Below are positions 36,290 through 48,960 of a stretch of DNA of 64,000 nt, one piece after another (position 1 is the stretch's first letter; each line of letters starts with the position of its first letter). The stretch covers positions 2,978,001-3,042,000 of the forward strand of contig CM052817.1 of assembly GCA_028534125.1 (NCBI GenBank), in the 5' to 3' direction. A program made the position numbers and the translations under genes. The stretch comes from Lama glama (taxonomy: Eukaryota). The notes under the pieces are model-generated. The model was not told the DNA's origin and searched no databases. It was given only the letters and a program-made list of their open reading frames with translations.

Positions 36290-37560
36290 TAAAAATGAAA
36301 TAGCCCATTTTTAACAAAGTTATACAGGCACATAGTTTTAAGAGTCCAAAGTTCTACAGGGCTTAGAACAGAAAAACAGTGGTCACCGCCCCCACCCTTC
36401 TCCACCCTGATTCCTGCTCCCTAGAGGTCTCCCCTTTCAACACTTTAGCTCTTTCTTCCGTATTTTGTGTGCGGCATCCTACTAGGAAAAAAGGCGATCT
36501 TAGGTCACTTAGCCCTCCTGCCCACCACCCACTTCTTTCTCCCCATCGTCTCAGTGTAATTATGTTAAGGCTTTGATTAAATATTCAGCAGGATGTATTA
36601 TGATTATGGAAATATTATGCACAGCTGAAGTGTGTAGTCTGTGGTGACCACATTTCCCTCCTTGTGTAGGTTTTCTTTCTTCTTCCTGGAGTTGCTCGTT
36701 GTCCTGCTTTGTTTTGCTTTGTTTTCTGTATCTGTCATTTGTTCGTCTTCCTGGCCCCCGCAGTGTAAGTCTCCTCTCCCCACACTGACACACAACGGGG
36801 AATCATCCATTTGTCCTTTTCTTAGGATGATTCTGCCTGAACCTCTCAGCGGCCTGCTTTTCTATAAATTGGTTGCTTCCTAGACCTGCTGCGCGAGGTA
36901 TCCTGTCACCCTGAGAATGCCTTTCACCTCTTGGTAAGATGCCTCCTTTTTAAGATTTTCTCTTGCTTTGGTCAAGCATGTTCACCAGTAGCTTTCTAAG
37001 AAATTTTTTTTAAGATCTTGTACAATGTTGGAATATTTTATTCTCACATTTAATTGATCATTTGAGTGTATAATTCAGGATTAGAATCACCTTCCTGTAG
37101 AATTTTGAAGGTGTTGCTCAGTGGACTTCCAACTGCCAACGTGACAGTTGATGTGTCCAAAGCCATTCCTTTGCATGTGACCTGTGTTTTCCTCTGTGTA
37201 GTTTTTTTAGGCTTTTCTTGTCATTCCTGGTATTTGGAGAGTTAATGGCGGCAGTGCCATGATGTGTGTCTTGTTTTATTCATTGTGTGGGTACCTGGTG
37301 GCCTCTTCCACCTGTAGACTCCTGTCTTCTGTTCTGATCATGAGTTACCTTAAATGTTTTCTTCTATTTTCCCATTTCTTTGTCTTTTTGTTTTCTGTTT
37401 TGCAAGATTTCTCCAACTTCTTCTCCACAATCTTCTTTGAATTTTATGTTGTTGTAATTATTTTAATCTCAAGAACTCCTTTATAGTCCCTGAAAATATT
37501 TTTTTATGGTACCATCTTTCCTTGTTTCAAGAGGTTTTATTACACTCTGCATCCTGGAGG
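36290..37560 (-). mobile_element. Old degenerate LINE-1 (L1ME-like) fragments
   Basis: T-rich degenerate tract with antisense L1-like phrases (tagaattttgaaggtgttgctc; gtgtccaaagccattc). Confidence 0.45.
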
Positions 37561-38154
37561 AAAGGTTTATTTTTTCATGGCTTTTCAGCTTGGTTATCTC
37601 ATAAAGCCGGAAGTATTTGGAAATAGTTTCATGACACTACTGTAGTCTGAAAGAACAGCTTCCGTTCAACCCATTATGGAAAAAATATGAAAAAAAATAA
37701 TTAACTTTCAGTCCCTGGAGGTATTAGAACATAGCTTTTATATGTCCTCAGACACCTCTGTTTAAAACATTTCTTTTCCATCCATGCCCACGTTGTAGCT
37801 AAATTTGTCCTCTAGTTTGTATACTTAGGATTGCCCATTCAGTGTTCAGTGACGACCGGCCGTCAGTGAGTTCAGAGATTGGAAATCTTGGTTTCCTTGT
37901 ATCTGACCCAGGGTACAGCTGGCTGACCGAGCCCATGGCCTGTGGTCTGCAGTGTCTCCGGGGCAGTAACATGGAGAAGGCTCCATTCTGGGGCTGACTT
38001 TTAATTGTCAATTTATTAAGAAAAGGGAAAAAGAAGTAGTGAGAATGATGGAGTCTTGCTCTGGATACTAGATAGTGCTGTGACAAACTAGGGGTATTTT
38101 TAGCCATGGTAGGTAGAGCTAGGTTTGGGGGCTGTCATCTAGTCTGAAACTTTC

Positions 38155-38761
38155 TGTCAGAAGGAGTTTATAGAAACAGCGTCTTGGGAGGAGGACACTG
38201 GGACTCCTGGGGGCAGGCGATGCGGGGATTTGTGACGTATCCAAAGAGAAAGAATAATACATCTGAACACTGTTGTGGAGCCGTATGTTTTGAATGACTT
38301 TTGAAACCTGTGGATGAAAAATATGCTGCCAGTAAATAAAAGATGCTGCACCATCAAGTCATCAGCCGCTACCGCCACCCCCGACAGTAAGCTGAGGGCA
38401 CTCAGGACGCGGACAGGCAGGCCACCCGCCTCTGCCGCCCCCACAGCGGTGCCGCCTGAGGGAATCGGGATGGGAGAGAACAGGACACCGGCCCTGGACA
38501 GCTGAGGCGCACATCAAAGGAACGATTCCAATGAGCCCAGACTTTTGCACCTTCCCATACACAGAAGAGTGCTAAATTCCTTAACCTGAGATATCTGGTT
38601 TTCTTTAATTAACAATAAACGTTGTTGCAAAAACTGCCTTACCTCTTTAGAGTCCCTCAGAACTGTCTGAGAGACTGCCTCCTCCCAGCCTTGATGTCCT
38701 CAGAAAGTGCCAAATAAAACATAACTCTTAACTTCTAGGCTGTGCATTTTTTCAGTAGACA
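38155..38761 (+). mobile_element. Solo LTR, ERV1-like, in sense orientation to the putative AFAP1 transcript
   Basis: Starts TGTCAG and ends caaataaaacataactcttaacttctaggctgtgcattttttcagtagaCA, a typical LTR R/U5 layout with AATAAA at 38713-38718. TSD not resolved. Confidence 0.7.
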
Positions 38762-38984
38762 AACCTGTGAAGGAATTTCTAAAACATTTCCAGCATGGGA
38801 TTCTGAGTTGCATTAACTGTGACGGTCAGGATGGCCTCTTGATGACATGTGGCACGATGTTTTCTTTTGAAATCCCCTCTTCCCAGTAATACAGATTTGT
38901 GTATTGGGAGGTCCTAAGTTACATGAGATTTTTCTCCAGGTGGTTTAATTCTTTGAGTTTTCCTGTGCTTGAACTGTGATCATC

Positions 38985-39275
38985 TGTCTTAGTTTGTTCA
39001 GGTTGCCGTAACAGCACCATAGACTGGGGCTCTTATAAACAGCAGACATTTATTTCTTACAAGTCTGGAGCCTAGAAGTCCAAGATCAAGGCGCTGGCTG
39101 ATGTGGTGTCTGACGTGGACCCCCTTCTGGGGCCACAGACAGCATCTTCTTGCTGTAGTGGATTAATTAGTTCCCTTAAAAAAGACCCTCATGACCTTAT
39201 CACCTCCCACTAATAGTCACATTAGGAGTGGGTTTCAACATACGAATTTTGAGGGGACAGACATTGTCTGTAGGA
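38985..39275 (-). mobile_element. MaLR LTR (MLT1A-like)
   Basis: tgtcttagtttgttcaggttgccgtaacagcaccatagactgggg...agaagtccaagatcaaggcgctggc...tttcaacatacgaattttgagggga. Confidence 0.8.
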
Positions 39276-39544
39276 CCCTCTAGGAAGCTCAGGCGTGCTG
39301 TGTCTTCGTGATAAAGGAGAATAAATGGGTCAAAAAGAAGACAATATTAATGTAAAATTGAAATCTTTAGTGCATCACCGCCACCATCACCACGGGCACT
39401 GTCTGCCAGGTGCTCCCTGTGTCCCAGGCACCGTGCAAAATCACTTCACATCGTATGTCTTTCTCTCAGCAACTCCGCGGGGTAGGTAATGCCCTCATTT
39501 TGCAGTTGGCACAATGAGACGGAGACATGTGGAGACTTGAGCCA

Positions 39545-39755
39545 ACAATACTGTACATTTAAAAGTTGCTAAGAAAGTAGACCTTGAAAGTTCTCACCAT
39601 AAGAAAAAAAATCGTTAACTGTGTGTGGTGATGCCCGTTAATTTGTTAATTTGACTTGCTGTGGCGATCATGTCACAATGCACACTTACATCAAATCATT
39701 ATGTTGTAAGCCTGAAGCTAATAGCACAATGTTATTTGTCAATTACACCACAATA
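39545..39755 (+). mobile_element. LINE-1 (L1MA-like) 3' end
   Basis: aaagttgctaagaaagtagaccttgaaagttctcacca...atcaaatcattatgttgta...tcaattacaccacaataaa. Confidence 0.75.
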
Positions 39756-41189
39756 AACACAATGAGATGAAGAGACAGGGAGGAACTTGCTGAAGCTCCC
39801 ATAGTAGGTGGAATTCCAGTGCCAACTCCACAGTCGTGCTTTTGACTAGCGTGCGGCAAGGCCCCTTGATTGGGACTGTCTGGTGTTCGACACCAAGGTG
39901 GCTGGTGTGCCCAAGAACTGTCATAATGGAGCGTCTCAGGCAGGGCACAGCTGTGGACAGGGCTGGCCACCCCCGACTGCAGCCTGCAGGGCGCTCCTGG
40001 CTGTCCTCATCCCGTAGTTCGCGAGGGCCTGCTTGTGTGCCAGAGCCCCAGCCAGACGACCCTGCAGCCATGTGCAGTGACAGGTGGATGTGTGTGGAAC
40101 TGACGTTGAGGCTGTGATAGATGCTGTCAGAGAGGCAGGAACACAGTGCTGGGATTTCAGAGGGAGGCAGTGGGAGGCACCACCTAGGAGGCGGTTCTGG
40201 GGGGACCGCACAGGGGCAGTGGGGTTTCCATGGCGGAATGAGGAACCAAGGGTCCTCCTGCTCTCTAGAGATGCCAGCCGCCCAGGCTCACTCAGATGGC
40301 TCTCCCTGAATTCTGTTCCTTAGTGCAGCGCAAAGTAAGTTATCACAGAGAAAGTAGTCACCTCTGTGCCGTGGATTTCTATGAGGCTGGGGTTTAGTTT
40401 TCAATGTTCAGCAGGTGGGAGCAGCCTGGCCCACCAGAGAGAAGCCTGTGTCTCCCCGCTGGCTGGGCACCCGGCAGGCCTGGCACAGGGGAGTGTCAGC
40501 ATGCCGGTGCTCTGGAGACTCCTGGGAATGAGAGACATTTCACCTGGAGGGACACGGCACACGGCGTCTAGCTTGTGCCGTGAGTGAGATAACCTCCCAG
40601 AACAGAGGGGTTTTTCCTGATTCCCACCTGCTTCCTTCCCAAGACTGGCCCATCCTTTGTACCGCAGTGGGAGGCATGGCCTCTGAAGTACTGGGGACCG
40701 AGAGCTGTTCTTTTGAGCCTCAGGGGGGCAGCTAGGTGTGCTGGCAGCAACACCCACCCCACGGGACTTGGGCTGGCGTTCTGGCTCTGCCACTCAGTTA
40801 CTAACAGTGTGAATCGTGGGCTTGTCATTTACCTTCTGCGAGCGTGCCACCAGGGAAAAGGCCAAGACAGCTGGGCTTAGTCCTCTGAGGGAAAATGACT
40901 GGAGCAGCCTCATGACCTTGGCCACTTGGGTAGAAAAGGAAGAAGGGAGAGCTTTACCCACATGGGTGACCGTGACTGCAGGAATGAAACACCAAACGAC
41001 CAGGGTACTGGTCCCTGTCCTTGGGTAGGTGGTACATGGAACGTTCTCCCCCTGGAGGCCAATAAAGGCAACTTCGGGCCCAGCGGGGCGGGGCAGGTAT
41101 TTGTCCCGCTTGCCAGCCCAATGTCTCAGAGCCAGTTTTTTTTTTTTTAAACAAAACTTTAATTTGACACATAGGTTCCTTTTTCTGCT

Positions 41190-41360
41190 TATAACAAGGA
41201 CCTACTGTATAGCACAGGGAACTACACTGTTTCTTGTATTAACATATAATGGAAAAGAATCTAAAAAAAAATAGGTATGTAGATGTATGACTGAATCACT
41301 TTGCTGTACACCTGAAACTAACATTGTAAATCAACTATACGTCAAAAAAAAATTAAAAAA
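41190..41360 (+). mobile_element. LINE-1 3' end fragment with A-tail
   Basis: aacaaggacctactgtatagcacagggaacta...actgaatcactttgctgtacacctgaaactaacattgtaaatcaactatac + poly-A. Confidence 0.8.
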
Positions 41361-42014
41361 GAATGAGTTAAGAAAGCACATCCAAGTCTGCTAAAAACAG
41401 AAGTCTCAGCTAGTGTAGAAAATTCACTTCCTTATTATGGATCGTATGATGTGAGTTAGAAGCACGCCACACCTAAGAAAAAATGGAAACGAACCTTGTC
41501 CATGGGCAGCACTCTGGGTACCACTGCGTCTGTTCTCGAGGGAGTGCAAGGCACTGGGTGTGGGGATCCCCAGCCGTCTCCTGCAGTGCCTCGTGTTTCT
41601 CCCTGGGGGATGAGGTGTGCCCGGAGGAGGGTGCTCACACCTGCTGAACACCCAGTGCTTGTCAGCTACCTTATGTATAGTGTCCCATTTTATGCAATCT
41701 TAGAAGTAAATGTTTTTATTCAAGATGAAGATAGAGGCTTAGAGATGTTAAGAACGTTGCTCAAGGTCACGTAATTTTAAGTGGAAAAATGAAATGCTTG
41801 ATGAACTCAGGTCTTTGACCTCAAAACCCTCAATGTTCCCTTAACGCTTGGTTCCTTCCCTGCACGGTGGGGGAGTGGCTAAGTGCTCAAGTCAGGTTTT
41901 GTGGAAAGAGGGCCTGGGGGATATGAGGTCTCTCCAGACTTGGAATCTGCCACATTGGGCTTCTAAATTATGGACTTGCCATCTGGAGGGAAGCCCCTGG
42001 CTTGAGACTTTTCT

Positions 42015-42485
42015 TTGTGGAACTAGACGAAGACCAGCCACATGAAAAAGGCAAAACTATTCAGAGCTGGCTTGTAGCAAGGGAGTTGGCCACCGTCACT
42101 GCGCTTGGCAGAGACACAGAGGCAGGCGGAGGAGCAGAGAGCTTCCCAGGGGAGAAGAGGGGGCTCAGGGTGCCTGATGGGGGCTGGGGGCCTCAGGGGA
42201 CCTGGCTACCAGAAAAGCGGGCAACCCAGGTGACTGGTCAGGGGCAGGTTGGGCCTTCTGGGGTCTGAGTTGGAAGCAGGACGATTAGGGATGTCGTCCG
42301 TTACTGATCGGGTCCTGGCCGATTGTCACAGGGGTTGCTGTCCGGCTCCTGGGGTGCTGCTGGAGACAGGAGCCTGACCTCGTGCGAGCCTGGCTCACAG
42401 CAGGCCGGCCCCCTGGGCGCGGCTGCGGGCTGCGGGTCAGCGCTCTGCCTTCATATGGTCTGGCCGTTGTCCGTTTGTATATTAT
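42015..42485. mobile_element. Probable old LTR fragment (family not identified)
   Basis: GC-richer block with LTR-like phrasing (tagcaagggagttggccacc...atggtctggccgttgtccgtttgtatatt); weak recognition only. Confidence 0.3.
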
Positions 42486-43564
42486 CATCATCCTTCTTTA
42501 GTTGGTAAAAATATTAAATACCAAATTAGATATGTTAGGAACTTTTTAGATGTCATGCCTCCTGGAAGAGGTTTTTCATACTGAAATATCAGAGTGACTG
42601 TGGGCTGTTGGGCTTGATCCTGTGCTCAAGACGAGGAAACTGAAGCTCAGCGAGATTAGGTGGGACTCATAGGAGAAGGTTAGCCTGTGAGCTGGCCTTA
42701 GGCTTCTAATGTCAATTTGTTTTCTTTGGAGGCGAGCCAGTATAAAACCATATATATAATGTATATAGTGTTGAAATAGAATAATAATTATATATCATGT
42801 GCATAATATATTGTATCTAAATAAAACATATGTTCTATTTAGTCCCTTTCCTGGATTGTAAGCCTTTTTTGGTGAGGGGGAGAGAATTTTCAGATTTAGA
42901 GAATTTTTTACTGAGAGTCTAGGACAGTCCTGAAAAGGCAGTGAAGATAATGTAGATTTTTCTGCTCTTTACTCTCAAAACATTTAAATTGTCTTTTGAT
43001 GTTCCAGCCCTTTTGATGTAGAGATATATTCTAAGGGAGCAGTTCAGGCCATTTGTCTTTAAGGGTTACAATTTTCTTGGGACAAGAAAGGGAACTTTGT
43101 TAATAACTTTTTAGTTTGTGGAGGTCTTTTGTGTTCAGTTAATTGTCTTAGAAGATTTTTTTGGGGTACAAGTACAGTTTAGCAATGATGTTTTCTCTCT
43201 TGTTAATTAAATTATCTTTCCTTCATCTGTTATAGTGGCAGCATCAAATCTGCTTCTCAAGTCACTGGGTTTTGCTGTCATCCAGAGAAGGGTGACCCTC
43301 ACATATGGACTATTGAATACCAAATTATAAATTTAGTCCAAACAAATTGTACATGGTTATTTTGATATTGTCAAATTTCCCATATATATAAGCTGAATAA
43401 TATAACTCACATTTTATCAATATTTATCATATTGTGTGTAGAGAAATGCACACTTATTTATTTATGATGTAGGAATCAAATAACACTGTGTGAAATAGCC
43501 TTTCCAACAAATTCCAGATAGCCCTCTTTATTCTTAAGGTGTGGAAATTCTACATTCATCTTCC

Positions 43565-43770
43565 AGGGGTTTGGGATTAACGTATATACACTACTGTGTA
43601 TAAAATAGAGAAACAACAAGAACCTGCTGTGTAGCACAGGGAACTATGTTCTGTATCGTGTAACAGCCTATAAGAATATGAAAAGGAATATATGTATAAG
43701 TGTATGTATGGTTGAATCACTTTGCTGTACACCTAACACTAGCACAGCTATGCTTCAATTTAAAAAAAAA
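43565..43770 (+). mobile_element. LINE-1 3' end fragment with A-tail
   Basis: gggtttgggattaac...aacaacaagaacctgctgtgtagcacagggaactat...tgaatcactttgctgtacacct + poly-A. Confidence 0.8.
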
Positions 43771-44901
43771 TTCTTGCTAAATTAATTTACATTCACTCAT
43801 TTCAGGAGATATTTATCGACTGCATCCTGTGTGTTGGGTGCTGTCCCAGAAGCTTTTCCTGAAGGCGTGTTTGAGACGGGGTAAGGGGGAGACAGTTCAC
43901 AGGCTTGGGGCTCCACTAGCGCAGGGAGGGAGGGCCCTGCTGGGGAGCAGAGGGCTCAGACGGGGTCTCTGGACAGTCATGGCGACATCCGTGTTTGCCG
44001 CAGTCTGGCCCTAGCTCCTGTACTGGTACATACAGTGTTCAGAGGTATTTGATTTTAGTTTTGATTCTGGCTTGCCTGAGACTGAGAGACCATTATTTTA
44101 AAGTGTCTGAGTCATGGCCTCGAAGGTTCGTGCCTCTCCAGCTGGCGTGCTCTCACCCCCGACTCCTAGGGGAGGGGAGTCACCCAGGGACTAGAGTGAT
44201 TTGCCTGCAGTAAGTGGATTTGATGCTGGTTGTGCCGGATCAGACTTCCCTGCTCTTTCCCACTTGGAAGAAAATTTGTCACTTGTCTCTGGGTTTGGCT
44301 GGGGGGCTGCAGGCGTTAGAGCAAGGCCTGGCAGTTTGCTGGTTGATACCTGTGATGTGTAAGTGCCACCAGAAAGCTTTAGGAAATGTGGAAGGAAATG
44401 GCACAGAGTCAGGGGACTGGTGCTCTGGGTCATCCGTCACTGGGTTATGATGTTCCTGTGACGGGATGGCGACAGACTCATACACAGTGGTCTGCGGTGG
44501 CAGTGGCGCTGGCTTTCTGCTGTAGGCTCTCTCCGCTATTTTGGCAGGTTTTATTTGGGTGTCTCCTGTACAAAAGGCATGGCATCAGCTTTTGCCACCA
44601 AGTATTTATAGCAGTCGGTACCTCCTCTGTGGGTCACTTTTTGTGCTGTGGTTTCTTTAAGGAAATTGTAGCTCTCCTATCTAAAAAGCACACCGCCCGT
44701 TTCAAGGTGTTCGGGATTTCTGAACACCTTGGGAGACCGGGTTTTGAATAGAGGAAGTCGGCTGTGAGGAAGTACCCCTCCCCGTGTGGCAGTCTCTGAC
44801 GACTGTCCAGGTGAACAGGATCTTTGGTGGGTGTCCTGGCATTCGTGAGGCTTTAGAACCCCGGCCTTCCTCTGCCCCTTCTCATGATTCTCCTCCTCTC
44901 T

Positions 44902-45051
44902 TGTTTTTTTTTTTTCTTCTTTTTTCTTTTTTGGAGGGGGAGGTAATTAAGTCTATTTATTTATTTATTTGGCTAATGGAGGTACTTGGTATTGAACCCA
45001 GGACCTTGTGCATGCTAAGCACACAGTCTACCACTGAGCTATACACTCCCC
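44902..45051 (-). mobile_element. tRNA-derived SINE of the camelid Vic-1 type
   Basis: Reverse complement reads GGGGAGTGTATAGCTCAGTGGTAGACTGTGTGCTTAGCATGCACAAGGTCCTGGGTTCAATACCAAGTACCTCC, with Pol III A box (TAGCTCAGTGG) and B box (GGTTCAATACC), then (AAAT)n, TAATTACCTCCCCC and an A-rich tail. Confidence 0.85.
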
Positions 45052-45954
45052 CACTTTTTCTTTTTTTTAAACATTTCTTATTGAAAACTGAGCAAATATT
45101 TTGGTTTCCTTCATTTGCTGTTCATTGCTAATTGTGAGCAGATTGAGCCTGGGAAAGTGAGAAAGTTTTCACTTGCCTTCAGTGATGTTAACAGCTACTC
45201 TTAGTGAGGGGCCAGGCATCGAGAAGTGGCTTTCAAACCTCGCAGTGAACCAACTGACATAGATGGTGCTTATCCCCAATTAATGAGGAGGGTGTTTAGC
45301 TCAAAGTGCTTGAGGAACCCTCCCAAAGTCACACAGCTGGGAAGTGGCAAAGTAGAACCCAGCCCAGATGGTCTGAGTCAGACAGATGGTCTGATTCCAA
45401 AATGGGCTTGTACCTCCGGGAGGCCAAGACTCACACTTGGGCTGGGATGGCCGTGACGTAGCCGGCCTTTTTGCATCTTTGTTATGGACCTTAGACGTTT
45501 ACTTGAACTAAACTTTCCTGCCTTCCATACGTGTGAAGTATTTGCAAGTTCAGATTTCAGCCTTGCGTTTTACGGCAGAGGGAAATAACACTGCAGACTG
45601 GCTTTGGATACAGATGGTTATTATCCAGTCCCAGGGCTTTATAGTGATGCCCTTTCCCCCCACAATTAATGGGAAATAAAACCCTAATTAATAGACACAT
45701 GCTAATTGTTTTCATTATTACACAATTTTAGCTGTTGTTCAGGCTTTGCTTGTGCTACTTCTGTCAACAGTATCTGATATCATAGGTAGAAATCAGAATA
45801 TGGAAGAATACTTAGAGTCATACTTTTCAAACTTTCAAATTGGACATTTTACATTGTTCATTATGTAACTGGAATTAAAGCCTTACAAGGAAAGACTTGC
45901 CTCTAACATAGATGAGGCACTAGCATATTTTTAATTTCGTTAAAAAATTAAAGG

Positions 45955-47580
45955 CAAAAAAAATGAACTTTGACCTAAACCTCACACCTTATACAAAAAT
46001 TAACTCAAAATGGAGCACAGACTTAAATGTAAAATGTAAAACTATAATACTCTGGGGAAAAAACATAGAAAATCTTTGAAGTTTAGGGCTAGGCAAATAA
46101 TTCTTACTTGGACTCGACACTGAAAGCACAGTCCATGAGGGGAAAAACTAATAAATTAGATTTCATCAAAATTGAAAACCCTTGCTCTGCTAAAGACTAT
46201 TGATTACCGCTGGGAAGAGGGAAGGGGGAGGGGCCAGACGGGCTGGGGATTCGGGCACAGACTACTCTGTGTGAAAGAAATAAGCTACAGGGACATGCTG
46301 TGTGGCGCAGGGAACACAGCCAGTATTTCATGACACCTTAAAAGGAGTCTAATCTGTACAAACAGTGAATTGCTATGCTGCACACCTTAAGTTAATATAA
46401 TACTTAATTTAGCTATACTTCAATAAAAATAAGTAAATGAATAAACAAACATGTTTGTCACCTTGCTGGAAAAAAAAAAAGGCTGTGTTAAGAGGACGAG
46501 AAGACAAGGTCCAGACCAGGAGACAATATTTACAAACTGCATATATGACAAAGGACTGGTATTTAGAATATATTTTTAAAAACTCTTAAAATTCAGCAGT
46601 CAAATAAGCAAGCAATTCAATTAGAAAACGAGTAAAAGACGTGAAGAGACATTTCATCCAAGCAGGTGTACAGATGAGAAATAAGCACATGGAAAGATGT
46701 TCACCATCATTAGCTGTCAGGGAACTGCAGATGAAGACCACAGGCTCTCACTACACACCTACTAGAATGGCTAAAATAAAAAATACCGACACCACCTAAT
46801 GCCGGTGTGGATTTAGAGAGACTAGATCCCTCATACGGGGCGGGTGGGGATACAGAATGACATAGCCACCCTGGGAAACAGTTTGGCAGTTACTTAAAAA
46901 GACAAACAAAACCCAACAAACAAACAGACAAACAAACTAAACAGGTGGCTACTGTAAGGCTCAGTGGTCACGCTCCGGGGCTGACAGATCCCAAAGAAAC
47001 AGAGATTTCTGCTCACACAAAAACCTGGACATAAATGTTCTTGGCAGCTCTGTTCATAACAGCCAGAAGCTGGAGACAACCCCGATGTCCTTCAGGAGGT
47101 GAGTGGGTTTGTCCCTGAAGGACATGGCACAGCCATCCCATGGAATATTACTCAGCAATAAAAAGGAGTACATTAATCCATGCAACCACCTGAGTGAATC
47201 TCCAGAGGATTATTCTGAACAACAACAACAAAAAGAGCCAATTCCCAAAGTTTACAGAGTGTATGATTCCATTTATATGACATTCTTGAAATGACAGAAT
47301 TACAGAAATGATGAACAGATTGGTGGGCAGGAGTTAAGGAGTGGGAAGGAGGTGGGAGGGGAGTGAGAGTGACTGTAAAAGAGCAACATGAGGAATCCTT
47401 GTGGTGATGAAAATGTTCTGTATTTTGACTGCATTATGGGTGCCAGTATCCTGGTGTGCAACTGTACTGTGGTTTTGCAAGATGTGACCACTGGGAGAAA
47501 CTGGGTAAAGAATATATGGGATTTCTTCTTATTTCTTATAACTGCATGTAAATCTACAATTATTTCAAAATAAGTTTAAT
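45955..47580 (+). mobile_element. LINE-1 (L1MB/MC-like) 3' ORF2 and 3'UTR, with a nested younger L1 3' end at ~46200-46480
   Basis: cctcacaccttatacaaaaattaactcaaaatgg...agacatttcatccaa...tgcatgtaaatctacaattatttcaaaataa; interrupted by a distinct L1 tail ending in poly-A. Confidence 0.85.
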
Positions 47581-48029
47581 TATTAAAAACATTCTGGTTG
47601 CCAAGCATTCAATTGATTTCATTATCCACTGGAAATCTCTTCTAGAGAATTTAAATAAGGACTCTTGGCTTTTTGAAAATCATTAAGGTTCTTCTAAAAT
47701 TTTATGTGCATGTTATAAAGAAATCAAGCAATGCAGAAAAGTACACATATAAAGGCTTTAAAAAAACACTCCAACCCCATCCTTCAGAAATTACCATAAA
47801 TTTAAAAAATGTAGTATTTCCTTCACCACACGTTTAATTTGCTTTCCTTCTGAAGACTATGGTCACAGTGATTGTCCTCATTTTGATGTCAGGAAACCAA
47901 AACTCAGAGAAGTTAGATGACTTGATCAAAGTCAAATACTGAGTTGGCGGCTGGGGTAACTGGCCCTTTGGCATTAAGACCCTTCCTAAAACCCTGTCTC
48001 GGGCCAGCCCCATTGCCCACCTCCCCGTC

Positions 48030-48185
48030 CTCCCCAGGTGTGGTCCTCTGGCCAGCGCATCTCTTATCACCTGGGAGTCAGTGACAGATGCAAATTATCA
48101 TGCCCCCACCTATGGGATCAGAATTTTTGTTTTGATAAAATGATTCTGAATGATTCTAAGGATACTCTGAAGGGTTGAAGGCACT
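48030..48185. mobile_element. MER5A-like hAT-Charlie MITE
   Basis: gtgtggtcctctggccagcgcatc...atcacctgggag...agatgcaaattat...atcagaattt...tgattct. Confidence 0.55.
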
Positions 48186-48329
48186 TTACCTTGACAGTGG
48201 TATCTGAACACAGACTGGTACACATTAAAAAGCAGAAAAGGTGAATGAGCTTTCCCACGACTACTGACTGCTGTTCTCTCACTGCACTTCTTTCTGTTGC
48301 GATGCACTGACTGGTTGTTTGGTTAGTAC

Positions 48330-48960
48330 TGGCCTCCTTTGTTCAGTTCTGAGCCCCAGTTGTTTATAGCAGGGCTCTGCCGGGTCTGCAGTAGCGTCCG
48401 GCACATGCAGGCACTCAGATAGTTGTTGGCTAGAAAAAGGAGTCAGTGAACTTCGCCTATTGATGATTACCCAGTTTCTGTCCCAGCCTCCAGTGTCTTG
48501 AGACTAGCTCTCTAATGGTTGCATCCACCCTGTTTATTTACTTTCCTTCTGTCACCTTCTCTCTTCCACAAGTGTGTTCCCACCTTGAGTTGCTCCTGCA
48601 CCTCAAATCCGACATATCCACGTCTTTCTTCCAAACCCTCTCCTCCTGCCCCTTACTTAGTTAACAGCGTCCTTATTCATCAGTCTTTCAGCCAAGAAAC
48701 CTCCACCATTCTTATAACCTTTCTTTCACGTCTGTGCGTCGAATTGGGCCTCACTGTACCATTTCTTTCGAATGCATTTTTTTTCTGTCTCCAGCCTCAC
48801 TGTTAACGGCCCTGGGCTAGCACCGCATCCTGATGCATTTGAACTGTCAAGCATTTCATTCTTTCTCTTCCTCGTCGTAGAATACTTTCTGCACTTCATT
48901 TCCACATCACCACTAGAATGATCTTTCCAAAACACAAATGAACTCTATCGGCCTGTCTCA
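48330..48960 (+). mobile_element. Degenerate LINE-2 fragments
   Basis: L2 3'-end-like ggcacatgcaggcactcagatagttgttgg and pyrimidine-rich body (ctagaatgatctttccaaaacacaaatg). Confidence 0.45.

Noticed and set aside
44978..45051. tRNA-like sequence on the minus strand
   Set aside because: It continues into an (AAAT)n/A-rich SINE tail and has imperfect stems, so it is a SINE head and not a tRNA gene.
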